This document shows, piece after piece, positions 1-9,559 of a stretch of 36,241 nt of DNA. The translations under genes and the position numbers were made by a program. How positions within the stretch are numbered: position 1 is the stretch's first letter; every line of letters starts with the position of its first letter. The notes under the pieces are model-generated. The model searched no databases, was not told where the DNA came from, and worked only from the letters and a program-made list of their open reading frames with translations. Origin of the DNA: Caulobacteraceae bacterium (GTDB taxonomy: Bacteria; Pseudomonadota; Alphaproteobacteria; Caulobacterales; Caulobacteraceae); contig DASZQQ010000475.1 of NCBI GenBank assembly GCA_035549595.1, positions 1 to 36,241 on the forward strand, read 5' to 3'.

Positions 1-633
1 TTCGCCGCCAAGTGGCTTGTGCCCAGGCTGGGCGCCTTCGAACAGCTGCATCCCCAGGTGGACATCTGGCTTTCCGCGGGCATGGAGCTGCTGGACCTCG
101 CCGCCGGCGAGGTGGACGTGGCGATCCGCTACGGCGCCGGCCGCTATCCCGGCCTCGAGGCGATCCGCCTGATGAGCGAGACCGTGCTGCTGGTCGCCAG
201 CCCCGACCTCGTCGCGCGCATCCCGCTGGACGAGCCGGCCGACCTCGCCAACCACATCCTGCTGCACGACGGTTCGCCCGACGCCGACCCCAGCTGCCCC
301 GACTGGTCGATGTGGCTGGCGGCGCGCGGCGTGAAGGGCGTCGACGGCAACCGCGGCCCGCGCTTCAACCAGTCCAGCCTGGTGATCGAAGCCGCCGTCG
401 GCGGCCGCGGCGTGGCGCTCGCCAAGCGCACCCTGGCCCAGGACGACCTCGACGCCGGCCGCCTCGTGGCGCCGCTGCAGATCGCCACCGCCGTCGACTT
501 CGCCTACCACGTCGTGCACCCGAAGGCGAAAGGCCGCCTGCCGCAGGTGAAGGCGTTCGTGAACTGGATCACCGCCGAGGCCGCCGCCCACGAGGCCGCG
601 CTCGCGACCATGGACAACGGCGCCGGGATCTAG
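1..633 (+). CDS. gcvA: LysR-family transcriptional regulator, GcvA-like (5' truncated by window edge)
   Basis: Open frame from base 1 (FAAKWLVPRL..F...HP.VD..L; VDVAIRYG.G.YPGL; EAAVGGRGVALA), typical of the GcvA substrate-binding domain. Confidence 0.75.
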   Translation, partial: FAAKWLVPRLGAFEQLHPQVDIWLSAGMELLDLAAGEVDVAIRYGAGRYPGLEAIRLMSETVLLVASPDLVARIPLDEPADLANHILLHDGSPDADPSCPDWSMWLAARGVKGVDGNRGPRFNQSSLVIEAAVGGRGVALAKRTLAQDDLDAGRLVAPLQIATAVDFAYHVVHPKAKGRLPQVKAFVNWITAEAAAHEAALATMDNGAGI

Positions 634-983
634 CGCCGGGGCGTGCCCTTGAGGCTCTTCAGCGCCCGTTCGTGGGCGTAGGCGGCGACGTCGTGCAGGG
701 CCTCGTCCAGGGCGTCGCGCACCCGCCCGATCGCCGCCGGCCCGGCCGCCTCGCAGGCCTCGCACACGTCGCCGAGCGCGAAGGCGCCGACGCCCCGGGC
801 CGCGCCCTTGATCGTGTGCACCGCGTCGCGCCAGCCCTCCTGAGCGGGATCCAGCATGCCCGCCCACAGCGCCGCCTGCTCGCGGAACAGGGCCAGCACC
901 TCGTCGATCACCGTCCCGTCGCCGGCGGCGAAGCTCTCCAGGTAGCCGAAGTCCACCACGCCCTTGATGTCGCGCCGCGCCAA
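630..983 (-). CDS. shpA: Single-domain histidine phosphotransfer (Hpt) protein, ShpA-like
   Basis: TTG start at 983 after GGGAGAG RBS; MARRDIKGVVDFGYLE...WRDAVHTIKGAARGVGA (Hpt H-x-x-KG-x-A motif), closely resembles Caulobacter ShpA as recalled. Confidence 0.85.
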   Translation of the reverse strand: MARRDIKGVVDFGYLESFAAGDGTVIDEVLALFREQAALWAGMLDPAQEGWRDAVHTIKGAARGVGAFALGDVCEACEAAGPAAIGRVRDALDEALHDVAAYAHERALKSLKGTPRR

Positions 984-1069
984 CCGTCTCTCCCGACCCG
1001 TCCGGACGCTGGTTTCGCAGGCTTCGGCCCGCCTTGCCAAGCGCGCGGAAAGCCGGGCCATTCGCCCCC

Positions 1070-1097
1070 TTGCCATCGCGCCGCTTTTGAGTATGGT
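1070..1097 (+). promoter_or_regulatory. Putative sigma70 promoter of tRNA-Lys
   Basis: TTGCCA-N16-TATGGT followed by GC-rich discriminator CCGCGCCC, ~40 nt before the tRNA. Confidence 0.55.
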
Positions 1098-1139
1098 CCG
1101 CGCCCTCGCGCCGGGCCCCTCGGGACCCGGCCGCGGGAC

Positions 1140-1215
<76 letters not shown>

Positions 1216-1249
1216 TTTTCCTTTCTCGAGGCCGCGGGCGGACCGCCGT

Positions 1250-2047
1250 CTAGGAACCGCGCGCCATCGCCGCCGCCACCGAGGCGCCGATCTCCTCACG
1301 CGTGGGATTGCGGCGCAGGGTCAGGCCGCCGTTCACCTGCAGGTTCTGGCCGGTCATGAAGCACTCGTCGCTGGCCAGCCATACGGCGGCCGCGGCGATG
1401 TCGTCGGACGTGCCCACCCGGCCCAGCGGATAGCAGGACGTGAAGGCGTCGAAGAGGCCGGGCGTCGCCTGCGCGCCGGCGGTCATCGGCGTGGCGGTGA
1501 GGCCCGGCGAGATCGAGTTGGCGCGGATGCCCTGGGCCCCGAACTCGTTGGCGACGCAGCGGATCACGTGATCGGTCCCGGCCTTGGTGCCCATGTAGGC
1601 GGCGTGGTCGTTGAGCATGATGGTCGCGGTCGCCGAGCTGATCTGGATCAGCGAGCCCCCCGTCGGCGCCATCGCCGGGATCATCGCCTGGAAGAACTGG
1701 TAGGGGCCGATGAACTGCAGCGCCGTCATGCGCTCGAGTTCCTCGCGGGTGGTCTCCAGGAACGGTTTCAGCAGGCCCCAGCCGGTGGCGTTGACGGCGA
1801 TGTCGAGCCGGCCGGCCCAGTCCAGGGCCGCCCTGGCGAGCGCGTGGAGGTCCGCCTCCTGGGTGATGTCGCAGACGGCGTGACGGCCGCCGATGTCCGC
1901 CGCCAGCGCCGCCAGCTCGGCCTCGTGCCGGCCCGCGGCCAGCACCTTGGCCCCCTCGGCGGCGAAGCGCCGGGCGATCACCTGGCCCATGTTGCCCGCG
2001 CCCGCGGCGCCGAGCACGACCGCCACCTTGCCTTCCAGCCGGCCCAT
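1250..2047 (-). CDS. SDR family oxidoreductase
   Basis: GKVAVVLGAAGAGNMG dinucleotide motif variant, YMGTK catalytic motif, NSISPG, TGQNLQVNGG. Confidence 0.9.
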   Translation of the reverse strand: MGRLEGKVAVVLGAAGAGNMGQVIARRFAAEGAKVLAAGRHEAELAALAADIGGRHAVCDITQEADLHALARAALDWAGRLDIAVNATGWGLLKPFLETTREELERMTALQFIGPYQFFQAMIPAMAPTGGSLIQISSATATIMLNDHAAYMGTKAGTDHVIRCVANEFGAQGIRANSISPGLTATPMTAGAQATPGLFDAFTSCYPLGRVGTSDDIAAAAVWLASDECFMTGQNLQVNGGLTLRRNPTREEIGASVAAAMARGS

Positions 2048-2118
2048 CGCCGCCCTCCCCGTGATCGTTTCCCGTCGGCCGCGTCTGCGCGCGATCCACG
2101 GCAGGGCTACACCCGTCC

Positions 2119-2145
2119 AAAAAAACCATCAAGCTTGACTTTTTT
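2119..2145. promoter_or_regulatory. Putative operator 1 (divergent promoter)
   Basis: AAAAAAACCATCAAGCTTGACTTTTTT, similar to sites at 2991, 15551, 20366, 34937. Confidence 0.6.
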
Positions 2146-2189
2146 CTGGCGGCCGTCCGAACATGGGTCCCAAGAACAAAGGGGGGCGC

Positions 2190-2594
2190 ATGGCGTACGA
2201 AGGGCCGATCGAAGACCGTCTGGCGATCCGCGAGCGCATCGAGGCCTACAGCGACGCCGTCTTTCGCCGCGACGCCGAGGCCTGGATCGCCAACTGGGCC
2301 GAGGACTGCGTGTGGTCCCTGCCCGGCCTCGAGGTCGCCGGACGTGCGGCCATCCGCGCCGCCTGGGAAGGGGCGATGCAGGGCTTCGCCCTGGCCGCCT
2401 TCTTCGCCACGCCTGGCGCCATCGTGGTCGAAAGCGATCGCGCCACGGCCAGGACCTACACCCAGGAGATCCTGACGCTGGTCGGCGGCGGGACCCGCCG
2501 CATCGTCGGCGCCTACGACGACGCCCTCGTCCGCGAGAACGGCGTCTGGCTCTTCAGCCGGCGCGCCTACCAGATCCTGCACGACGAAACCTGA
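2190..2594 (+). CDS. NTF2/SnoaL-like protein
   Basis: EDRLAIRERIEAYSDAV.RRD...W...WAED, G.Y.D.LVRENGVWLF.RR pattern of SnoaL_4; ATG at 2190 after GGGGGG RBS. Confidence 0.85.
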   Translation: MAYEGPIEDRLAIRERIEAYSDAVFRRDAEAWIANWAEDCVWSLPGLEVAGRAAIRAAWEGAMQGFALAAFFATPGAIVVESDRATARTYTQEILTLVGGGTRRIVGAYDDALVRENGVWLFSRRAYQILHDET

Positions 2595-2610
2595 GGAAGA
2601 GAAAAAGCGC

Positions 2611-2961
2611 ATGCGAATCGTCATCTCCGGCGAGGTCGATGTGGCGCCCGAGGTCCGGGACGAGGCCCTGAAGGGCGCCTACGACCTGATCCAGGCGGCC
2701 CTCGCCGAGCCCGGCTGCGTCCACTACGCCTGGACGGCGGACCTCTCCCGCCCCGGCCGCATCCACGTGTTCGAGGAGTGGGACAGCGAGGCGAACCTCG
2801 CCGCGCACCTGGCCGGCAAGCCCTACCAGGGCATGCTGGCGCACCTCTCGACGGCGGGCATCCAGATGGCGGTCACGCGCAAATACCGCGTCGATCACGT
2901 CGAGCCGGTCTACGATCCGCAGGGCCGGCCGCGCGCCGACTTCTTCACCGCCAAGGCCTGA
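2611..2961 (+). CDS. Antibiotic biosynthesis monooxygenase (ABM)-family protein
   Basis: AEPGCVHYAW..D......I.VFEEWDSEA.LAAHL motif. Confidence 0.85.
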   Translation: MRIVISGEVDVAPEVRDEALKGAYDLIQAALAEPGCVHYAWTADLSRPGRIHVFEEWDSEANLAAHLAGKPYQGMLAHLSTAGIQMAVTRKYRVDHVEPVYDPQGRPRADFFTAKA

Positions 2962-2990
2962 GGCCTGAGCGGCGGCAAGCGTCACGTTGG

Positions 2991-3017
2991 AAAAACCGGA
3001 TAGCTTGTTTGTTTTTT
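2991..3017. promoter_or_regulatory. Putative operator 2 upstream of Rieske oxygenase
   Basis: Reverse complement AACAAGCTATCCGGTTTTT matches AACAAGCACGCCGGCTTTT at 15551. Confidence 0.55.
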
Positions 3018-3066
3018 GACCCCCTGCTAGGGTCGAAGAAAAACCAGGGCGAGGAGCTTGAGGACG

Positions 3067-4458
3067 ATGGCGGACGACAACAGGCCGATCAGCGGCGGCC
3101 AGGCGCGCTGCCCGGGCGAGAACTGGGACGACCTGATGCGGACCGACACGGTCGACCCGCCGCAGTTCCTGAAGGACGAGTCCTACGAGTACATGGGCTC
3201 CGAGCCCCTCGCCGCCGACCGCTACACCAGCCCCGACTTCTTCCGGCGCGAAGTCACCGCGATGTGGCCCAACGTCTGGCAGTTCGCCGCCCGCGAGGAG
3301 GAGATGCCCGACGCCGGCGACGTGGTCGTCTACGAGAACGCCGGCCGCTCGTACCTCGTCACCCGCCAGGCCGACGGCCAGGTCCGCGCCTTCCACAACG
3401 TCTGCCTGCACCGGGGCCGCAAGCTTCGGCTGGAATCCGGCTGGTCGAAGGACTTCAAGTGCCCGTTCCACGGCTTCACCTGGAACACGGACGGATCCCT
3501 GAAGGAGATCCCCTGCCGCTGGGACTTCGGCCACCTCAACGACGAGAACATGCAGCTGCCGGAGGCCCAGGTCGGCCGCTGGGGCGGCTACATCTTCCTC
3601 AAGGAGGCCGAGGGCGGCCCGACGCTGGAGGAGTACCTCGCCCCCCTGCCCGAGCACTTCAAACGCTGGAAGCACGAGGACTGCGTGACCTCGGTGTGGG
3701 TCGGCAAGGTCATCCACGCCAACTGGAAGGCGACCGCCGAGGCCTTCATGGAGGCCTGGCACTCGGTCGTCACCCACCCGCAGATCCTGCCGTTCACCGG
3801 CGACGCCAACACCCGCTACAACGTCTACGGCGACCACGTGAACGTGGCCCTGACGCCGTTCGCCGTGCTCTCGCCGCACCTGCGCGGCGACGGCCGCTCG
3901 GAGCAGTGGATCGTCGACGAGTTCCTGAAATACAACGGCCGCGCCGGCGGCTCGGACCTGAAGGTCACCGTGCCTGAGGGTCAGTCGGCCCGGGCGGCGA
4001 TGGCGGCGGTGAACCGCGAGCGCTTCACCCAGATGTTCGGCCACGACCACAGCCACGCCACCGACGCCGAGCTTCTGGACGCCTTCACCTACAACGTGTT
4101 CCCGAATTTCGCCCCGTGGGGCGGCTTCATGCCCAACATCGTCTACCGCTGGCGGCCCTGGCCGGACCAGGACTCGACCCTGATGGAGGTGCGGCTGCTG
4201 ACGCGCGTCCCGCCCGGCCAGCCGAAGCCGCGCGCGCCGGTGATGCACCTCCTGGGCGAGGACGAGCCGTGGACCGCCGCCACCGAACTCGGCGCGGCGC
4301 TGGCCAGCGTGTTCGAACAGGACATGGCCAACCTGCCCTACGTTCAGGACGGCCTGAAGGCGTCGAAGAACAATGCGGTGCACCTGGGCGACTACCAGGA
4401 GATCCGCATCCGCCACTTCCACCGCACGCTCGACAAGTACCTGGCCCGGTTCGGCTGA
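3067..4458 (+). CDS. Rieske non-heme iron aromatic ring-hydroxylating oxygenase, alpha subunit
   Basis: Rieske CLH...CPFHG; mononuclear Fe motif NWK...EAFMEAWHSVVTH; C-terminal QD. Confidence 0.92.
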   Translation: MADDNRPISGGQARCPGENWDDLMRTDTVDPPQFLKDESYEYMGSEPLAADRYTSPDFFRREVTAMWPNVWQFAAREEEMPDAGDVVVYENAGRSYLVTRQADGQVRAFHNVCLHRGRKLRLESGWSKDFKCPFHGFTWNTDGSLKEIPCRWDFGHLNDENMQLPEAQVGRWGGYIFLKEAEGGPTLEEYLAPLPEHFKRWKHEDCVTSVWVGKVIHANWKATAEAFMEAWHSVVTHPQILPFTGDANTRYNVYGDHVNVALTPFAVLSPHLRGDGRSEQWIVDEFLKYNGRAGGSDLKVTVPEGQSARAAMAAVNRERFTQMFGHDHSHATDAELLDAFTYNVFPNFAPWGGFMPNIVYRWRPWPDQDSTLMEVRLLTRVPPGQPKPRAPVMHLLGEDEPWTAATELGAALASVFEQDMANLPYVQDGLKASKNNAVHLGDYQEIRIRHFHRTLDKYLARFG

Positions 4459-4507
4459 CGGCCGGGCCGCGGGCCCCTACCCTTTCGTTCCTGAAGAGAG
4501 TCCGATC

Positions 4508-5620
4508 ATGGCGACCGTGACGCCCATCCGCATGCCCAAGTGGGGCCTTTCCATGCAGGAGGGCGCCATCGTCGACTGGTGGAAACGCGAGGGCGACCGC
4601 GTCGCCGAGGGCGACGACCTGGTCGACATCGAGACGTCCAAGATCAACAACGTCTACGAGAGCCCGACGTCGGGGACCCTGCGTCGGATCGTGGCCCAGC
4701 CGGGCGAGACCCTGCCGGTCGGCGCCCTGATCGCCGTGCTCGCCGAGGCCGACGCCAGCGACGCCGAGGTCGACGCCTTCATCGCCGACTTCCAGGCCAG
4801 CTTCGTCCCCGAGGCGGCGGACGAGGACGGCGGCGCCTTCGCCCTCTCCACGGTCGAGGCCGAGGGACGCACGGTGCGGCTGGGCCGCGCCGGCGGCGAG
4901 GACGGCGAGCCCGTGGTGCTGCTGCACGGCTTCAGCGGCGACCTCAACAACTGGCTGTTCAACATCGAGGCCCTGGCCGCGCGGGGTCCGGTGATCGCGC
5001 TGGACCTGCCGGGCCACGGCGGGTCGTCGAAGGACGTGGGCGACGCTTCCCTGGCGACGCTGGCCGGGACCGTGGCCGCCGCGCTGGAGGCGGCCGGCGT
5101 CGGGCCGGCGCACCTCGTCGGCCACTCCCTGGGCGGGGCGGTCGCCGCGCGGCTGGCGGCCGACCGGCCCGACCTCGTGCGCACCCTCGCCCTGATCTGC
5201 CCGGCCTACCTGCCGGGCACGCGCCTCTCGCAGGATTTCCTGACCGGCGTCGCCGAGGCGCAGCGCGCCAAGGACCTGAAGCCCTGGCTGGAGCAGCTGT
5301 TCGCCGACCCCTCGGCGGTCAGCCGCGACATGGTCGAGGACATGCTGAAGTTCAAACGCACCGACGGCGCCGACGAGGCCCTGGCGGCGCTGCGCGATCG
5401 CATGGCCGCGGGCGACGACGCGCGCGCCCTCGCGGCCGACCTCGACCGCCTGCCGCAGACCCTGGTGATCGCCTCCGAAGCCGACCGCATCGTCGGCGCC
5501 CCGGACGAAGCCGCCCTCCCCCGCCAGCTGCGCGTCGCCTGGATCGAAAACGCCGGCCACATGCCGCACCTGGAACAGGCCGCCGCGGTCAACGCCCTGC
5601 TGCTGGAGGCGCTGGGATAG
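4508..5620 (+). CDS. acoC: AcoC-type E2 (lipoyl domain fused to alpha/beta hydrolase)
   Basis: MPKWGLSMQEG...ETSKI lipoyl-Lys motif; HGFSGDLNNWLFN; GHSLGG; C-terminal AGHMPHLE. Confidence 0.85.
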   Translation: MATVTPIRMPKWGLSMQEGAIVDWWKREGDRVAEGDDLVDIETSKINNVYESPTSGTLRRIVAQPGETLPVGALIAVLAEADASDAEVDAFIADFQASFVPEAADEDGGAFALSTVEAEGRTVRLGRAGGEDGEPVVLLHGFSGDLNNWLFNIEALAARGPVIALDLPGHGGSSKDVGDASLATLAGTVAAALEAAGVGPAHLVGHSLGGAVAARLAADRPDLVRTLALICPAYLPGTRLSQDFLTGVAEAQRAKDLKPWLEQLFADPSAVSRDMVEDMLKFKRTDGADEALAALRDRMAAGDDARALAADLDRLPQTLVIASEADRIVGAPDEAALPRQLRVAWIENAGHMPHLEQAAAVNALLLEALG

Positions 5621-5628
5621 GTCGCGGG

Positions 5629-5710
5629 GGGAAATGGGGACACACACTCGCACCCCGGCGTACGGGATGAAACTGCTCGCTTACGAGACGAGTGTGTGTC
5701 CCCATTTCCC
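5629..5710. repeat. Perfect 22-bp inverted repeat (REP-like hairpin)
   Basis: GGGAAATGGGGACACACACTCG (5629-5650) / CGAGTGTGTGTCCCCATTTCCC (5689-5710), 38-nt spacer. Confidence 0.9.
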
Positions 5711-5824
5711 AGCACCCCCGCCCTCGACGCAAGCTGACGCTACAGCGTGCAGAACAGAGGGAGCCTACCGGACGCGCTTGCGGCCACGGCTTCGATCGGC
5801 GCCGTCATCAGGGACAAGGGTGCT

Positions 5825-5868
5825 GGGTCCCGGCTCGCGCGCTCTGCGAGCGCTTGGCCGGGATGACG
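5825..5868. repeat. Half of an alphaproteobacterial intergenic palindromic repeat
   Basis: TGGGTCCCGGCTCGCGCGCTCTGCGAGCGCTTGGCCGGGATGAC hairpin; similar remnant CGCCTTGTCCAGGATGAC at ~8461-8478. Confidence 0.5.
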
Positions 5869-5896
5869 TAAAAAGTTTAGCTGAAATCCGTTGCCG

Positions 5897-6226
<330 letters not shown>

Positions 6227-6376
6227 TCAGTGACCGCCTCACCTTACCGCATCGGCCGCGCGGGGCGCAGCCCGTCCCAGGGTCCGGTCTCGAGACCAGG
6301 ACTCCAGGTTGAGCTTCCGCTCCACGCCGATCGGGTGAAGAGTGGCGTGACCGGACGGGAAGCCAGGGAGGTCCCC

Positions 6377-8437
6377 ATGAGGAACGAGCGCCGGGAATTC
6401 CTGCGGACGGCGGCGGCGATGGGGGCGGCGCTGACCTGGGGCGGCCGCGCGCGCGCCTCGCGCCTGGTGTGGCGCGAACGCGAGGACCTCTACCCCGAGG
6501 GGGTCGCCTCCGGCGATCCCGACGCGCACAGCGTGATCCTCTGGACCCGGCGTCCGTTCGCGGCCGGCGCGCGGCATAGGCTCTCCGTGGAGGTCGCCGA
6601 GGACCAGGCCTTCGCCCGCGTGGTGGCGCGCGCCAGGACGCCGGTCTCGGCGGCGGCGGACTGGACGACGCGCGTTCTCGTCGGGGGCCTGAAGCCGGCG
6701 CAGGTCTACTGGTACCGCTTCGTCGACGACGAGGGGAACGGCAGCCGCATCGGGCGCACGATCACCGCGCCGCTCGACGACGATCCGCGCCCGGTGACCT
6801 TCGCCTTCGTCAGCTGCCAGGACGTCAACGAGGGCAAGCTCAACGCCTACCGCCGGATGATCTTCGAGGACGAGCGGGCGAAGCCGGAGGACCAGCTGGG
6901 CTTCGTCCTGCACCTGGGCGACTTCATCTACGAGGTGGTGGAGTATCCCGAGGAGCTTCCCACCCGCTACGACCGCACGATCTACGAGGTGGCGCGCCTG
7001 CCCGACGGCGGCAAGACCGGCAAGCTGCACTATCCGCTGACCCTCGACGGCTACCGCGCCGTCTATCGCGGCTACCTGGCCGATCCGGACCTGAAGGACG
7101 CCCGCGCGCGCTGGCCGTTCGTGGCCATCTGGGACAATCACGAGTTCTCCTGGCAGGGCTGGCAGTCGATCCTGAAGCCCGGCGACGGCGGGCGGCCGGG
7201 CCAAACCCTGAAGGTCGCCGCCAACCAGGCGTGGTGGGAATACCTGCCGTCACGCTGCCGCAAGGCGGGGGGCGCCGGCCTGGAGACCTTCGATCCCCCC
7301 GCCGTCAAGGACGTCGCGATCGAGCGCTGGGACGAGAACGGCCTGGGCGACGAGCCGAACAACCGCGCCGCGATCATGAGCCTGATCGGCTACCGCGCCT
7401 TGCGCTGGGGGCGGCACCTGGAGCTGCTGATCACCGACCAGCACAGCTACCGCAGCCGCGATCCGTTCGACCATCCCGAGCTCGACAAGCTGACCCCGCC
7501 CGAGTTCATCGGCATGTTCCAGGAGGATGCGGCGCGGGTGCTCGACGGCGGCCGCGCCTTCGATGGCGGCCGGCCCCCCGCGGAACTGACCTACAACGGC
7601 GTCACCGTGCCCAACCCGCAGAAGGACGCGCCGCCGCAGACGATCCTCGGGGCCGAGCAGAAGGCCTGGTTCAAGGCCCGGCTGCGGGCGTCCGCCGCCA
7701 CCTGGAAGATCTGGGGCAATTCCGAGGGCGCGCCCGACTGGCGCGGGGATCCCCAGAACCTGCCGGCGGGCATGGCGCCGCCCTGGCCGGGCGGCTACGC
7801 GATGCTGGGCGCCGGCGACTACGGCAGCGCCTACCAGGAGCGGGCGGAGATCTACGACCTCGTGCGCGACGCCGGTATCACCGGCTTCGCCATCGTCTCG
7901 GGCGACCGCCACAGCTTCTGGGCCGGCTACGCCACGTCGCAACTGCCGCCGGGCAGGTTCGAGCCGGTGGGCCTGAGCTTCGTCGGGGGCTCGCTCATCA
8001 GTCCGGGCGCGCTGGAGTCCTACGAACACCGGCTCCCCAAGGACCATCCCCTGCGGCCCCTGTTCCTCGCGGACAGGCCCGGCGCCGAGAGGCCCGACCC
8101 GACCTTCAACATGCTGCTGAGGCACGGGGTGCGCGCGTGCCTCGAATACGCCAGGAGCTTCGATGCGGCCCGCGCCCGCGCCCTCTCGAACCCCGACCTC
8201 TCGCCGCACCTCGAGTTCGTCGACCTCGGCGGCCACGGCTACGCCACGGTGCGCCTGAGCGCCGACGAGATGCGCACCGAGTTCGTCTGCATCCCCCGCC
8301 CGATCACCTGCAGCCCCCGCCCGGACGGCGGCGACCTGCGCTACCGCGTCGTCCACACGGCCAAGCTGTGGGCGCGAGGCGAGCGGCCGCGGCTCGTCCA
8401 GCAGGTGCTGGAGGGGGATCCTGGACTGGCGATCTGA
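6377..8437 (+). CDS. phoD: PhoD-family alkaline phosphatase/phosphodiesterase, Tat-exported
   Basis: ERREFL Tat signal; GVASGDP; HLGDFIYE; WDNHE; SGDRH; ATG 6377 after GGAGG. Confidence 0.88.
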   Translation: MRNERREFLRTAAAMGAALTWGGRARASRLVWREREDLYPEGVASGDPDAHSVILWTRRPFAAGARHRLSVEVAEDQAFARVVARARTPVSAAADWTTRVLVGGLKPAQVYWYRFVDDEGNGSRIGRTITAPLDDDPRPVTFAFVSCQDVNEGKLNAYRRMIFEDERAKPEDQLGFVLHLGDFIYEVVEYPEELPTRYDRTIYEVARLPDGGKTGKLHYPLTLDGYRAVYRGYLADPDLKDARARWPFVAIWDNHEFSWQGWQSILKPGDGGRPGQTLKVAANQAWWEYLPSRCRKAGGAGLETFDPPAVKDVAIERWDENGLGDEPNNRAAIMSLIGYRALRWGRHLELLITDQHSYRSRDPFDHPELDKLTPPEFIGMFQEDAARVLDGGRAFDGGRPPAELTYNGVTVPNPQKDAPPQTILGAEQKAWFKARLRASAATWKIWGNSEGAPDWRGDPQNLPAGMAPPWPGGYAMLGAGDYGSAYQERAEIYDLVRDAGITGFAIVSGDRHSFWAGYATSQLPPGRFEPVGLSFVGGSLISPGALESYEHRLPKDHPLRPLFLADRPGAERPDPTFNMLLRHGVRACLEYARSFDAARARALSNPDLSPHLEFVDLGGHGYATVRLSADEMRTEFVCIPRPITCSPRPDGGDLRYRVVHTAKLWARGERPRLVQQVLEGDPGLAI

Positions 8438-8597
8438 GGGCGACGGATTGCTGACTCCATCGCCTTGTCCAGGATGACGGGGATGGGGAGTGGGGCCGCG
8501 AGGGCGCAAGCGGACGTGGATCATCACGCCGAAGCGGCCCCACCCTGGACGACCTGGAAGCTTGTGCGTCACCGGTTACGGCACCATGATGGCGGCG

Positions 8598-8852
8598 ATG
8601 ACCAAGGTCTATTGTGATTTTAACGACTTCACGGCGGACGACTTATATTGGCTTCTCTACGTAGACGACGTCCCACTCAGCGACGTTGCTGAGAAGCTCG
8701 GCCTGCGCGAGGGCGACCGCGTCGTACTGTTCCAGGATGAGGGCGACTTCGAAGTAGAGGCTACTCTTCACTTTGGACGCACTGACCCATTGTTCCTTGG
8801 GGAAAGGCTTTGCGCACGGCCTGATTGGAGGACGCTAAAGCGGTTTGGATGA
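8598..8852 (+). CDS. Hypothetical protein (cassette-like; alternative ATGs at 8586/8589)
   Basis: 84-aa ORF MTKVYCDFND...LGLREGDRVVL; TGA abuts junction element at 8853. Confidence 0.65.
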   Translation: MTKVYCDFNDFTADDLYWLLYVDDVPLSDVAEKLGLREGDRVVLFQDEGDFEVEATLHFGRTDPLFLGERLCARPDWRTLKRFG

Positions 8853-8879
8853 ACGTCGGCGGCGGGTCGAGAGCGGGCC
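8853..8879 (+). repeat. Junction element
   Basis: ACGTCGGC-GGC-GGGTCG-AGA-GCGGGCC directly after stop codon. Confidence 0.6.
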
Positions 8880-9148
8880 CGGCGGCCTTCACCCGGATGC
8901 GGACCTTCGGCGAAGGATCCCCCAAAGCAGTCTTCAGGACTCCCGGCTCGGGTGGAGAGCGGCCCTGTTATGGGCTGCGGTCGGGAACCACCGTCCCGAA
9001 ACCGAGCTCCGGCTGTTGGAGCACCCTGTGGTACGGACCGAACTGCTTCGCCAGCAAAGCGATTTGGCTTTGCTAGAGGCGAACGATGCGGACGCCGTCC
9101 TGACTTTGGCGGGAGTCGAGAGCGCCTTCAGACTGCGCTAGGCGGGCG

Positions 9149-9174
9149 AAGTCCGCATCGGGTCGATCTCAGCC
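9149..9174 (+). repeat. Junction element
   Basis: AAGTCCGC-ATC-GGGTCG-ATC-TCAGCC. Confidence 0.6.
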
Positions 9175-9271
9175 AAAGGCGTCCCGGCGAGCGGACATTG
9201 GTCGAGGCGTCCTCGGGTGGACAAGGGCTGCAACACGGCTAGGTTTAGAGCCATCCAATCGAGAGGGGCTT

Positions 9272-9529
9272 ATGACGGGAAGAGAGGGTTTTGGACTGGC
9301 AATCCGCATTGCTGGCGGCTGGAAGATATTGGAGTCGCTGACTGACGTGTATTACGTCTTGGTGAAGATGCTTCGGCTGCCCACAGGGTCTGCGCTGCCC
9401 ATACAAGTCGACATCGATACTTTTGTTTTCAGATTTCTAATCGGATCGCTGTTGATTATCTTTGCTGACGTACTGGTGAAGCTCGTTTATGGCGCGAGGG
9501 CCAAACCAGTCGACCAAACGTTCGCTTAG
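9272..9529 (+). CDS. Small hypothetical membrane protein
   Basis: GAGGGG RBS, ATG, two hydrophobic stretches, AT-rich codons; TAG lies inside element 9517-9544. Confidence 0.7.
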   Translation: MTGREGFGLAIRIAGGWKILESLTDVYYVLVKMLRLPTGSALPIQVDIDTFVFRFLIGSLLIIFADVLVKLVYGARAKPVDQTFA

Positions 9530-9544
9530 GGCGGGAAGCCGCTC
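9517..9544 (+). repeat. Junction element
   Basis: AACGTTCGC-TTA-GGGCGG-GAA-GCCGCTC. Confidence 0.5.
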
Positions 9545-9559
9545 TTCACGGCCTACCCA

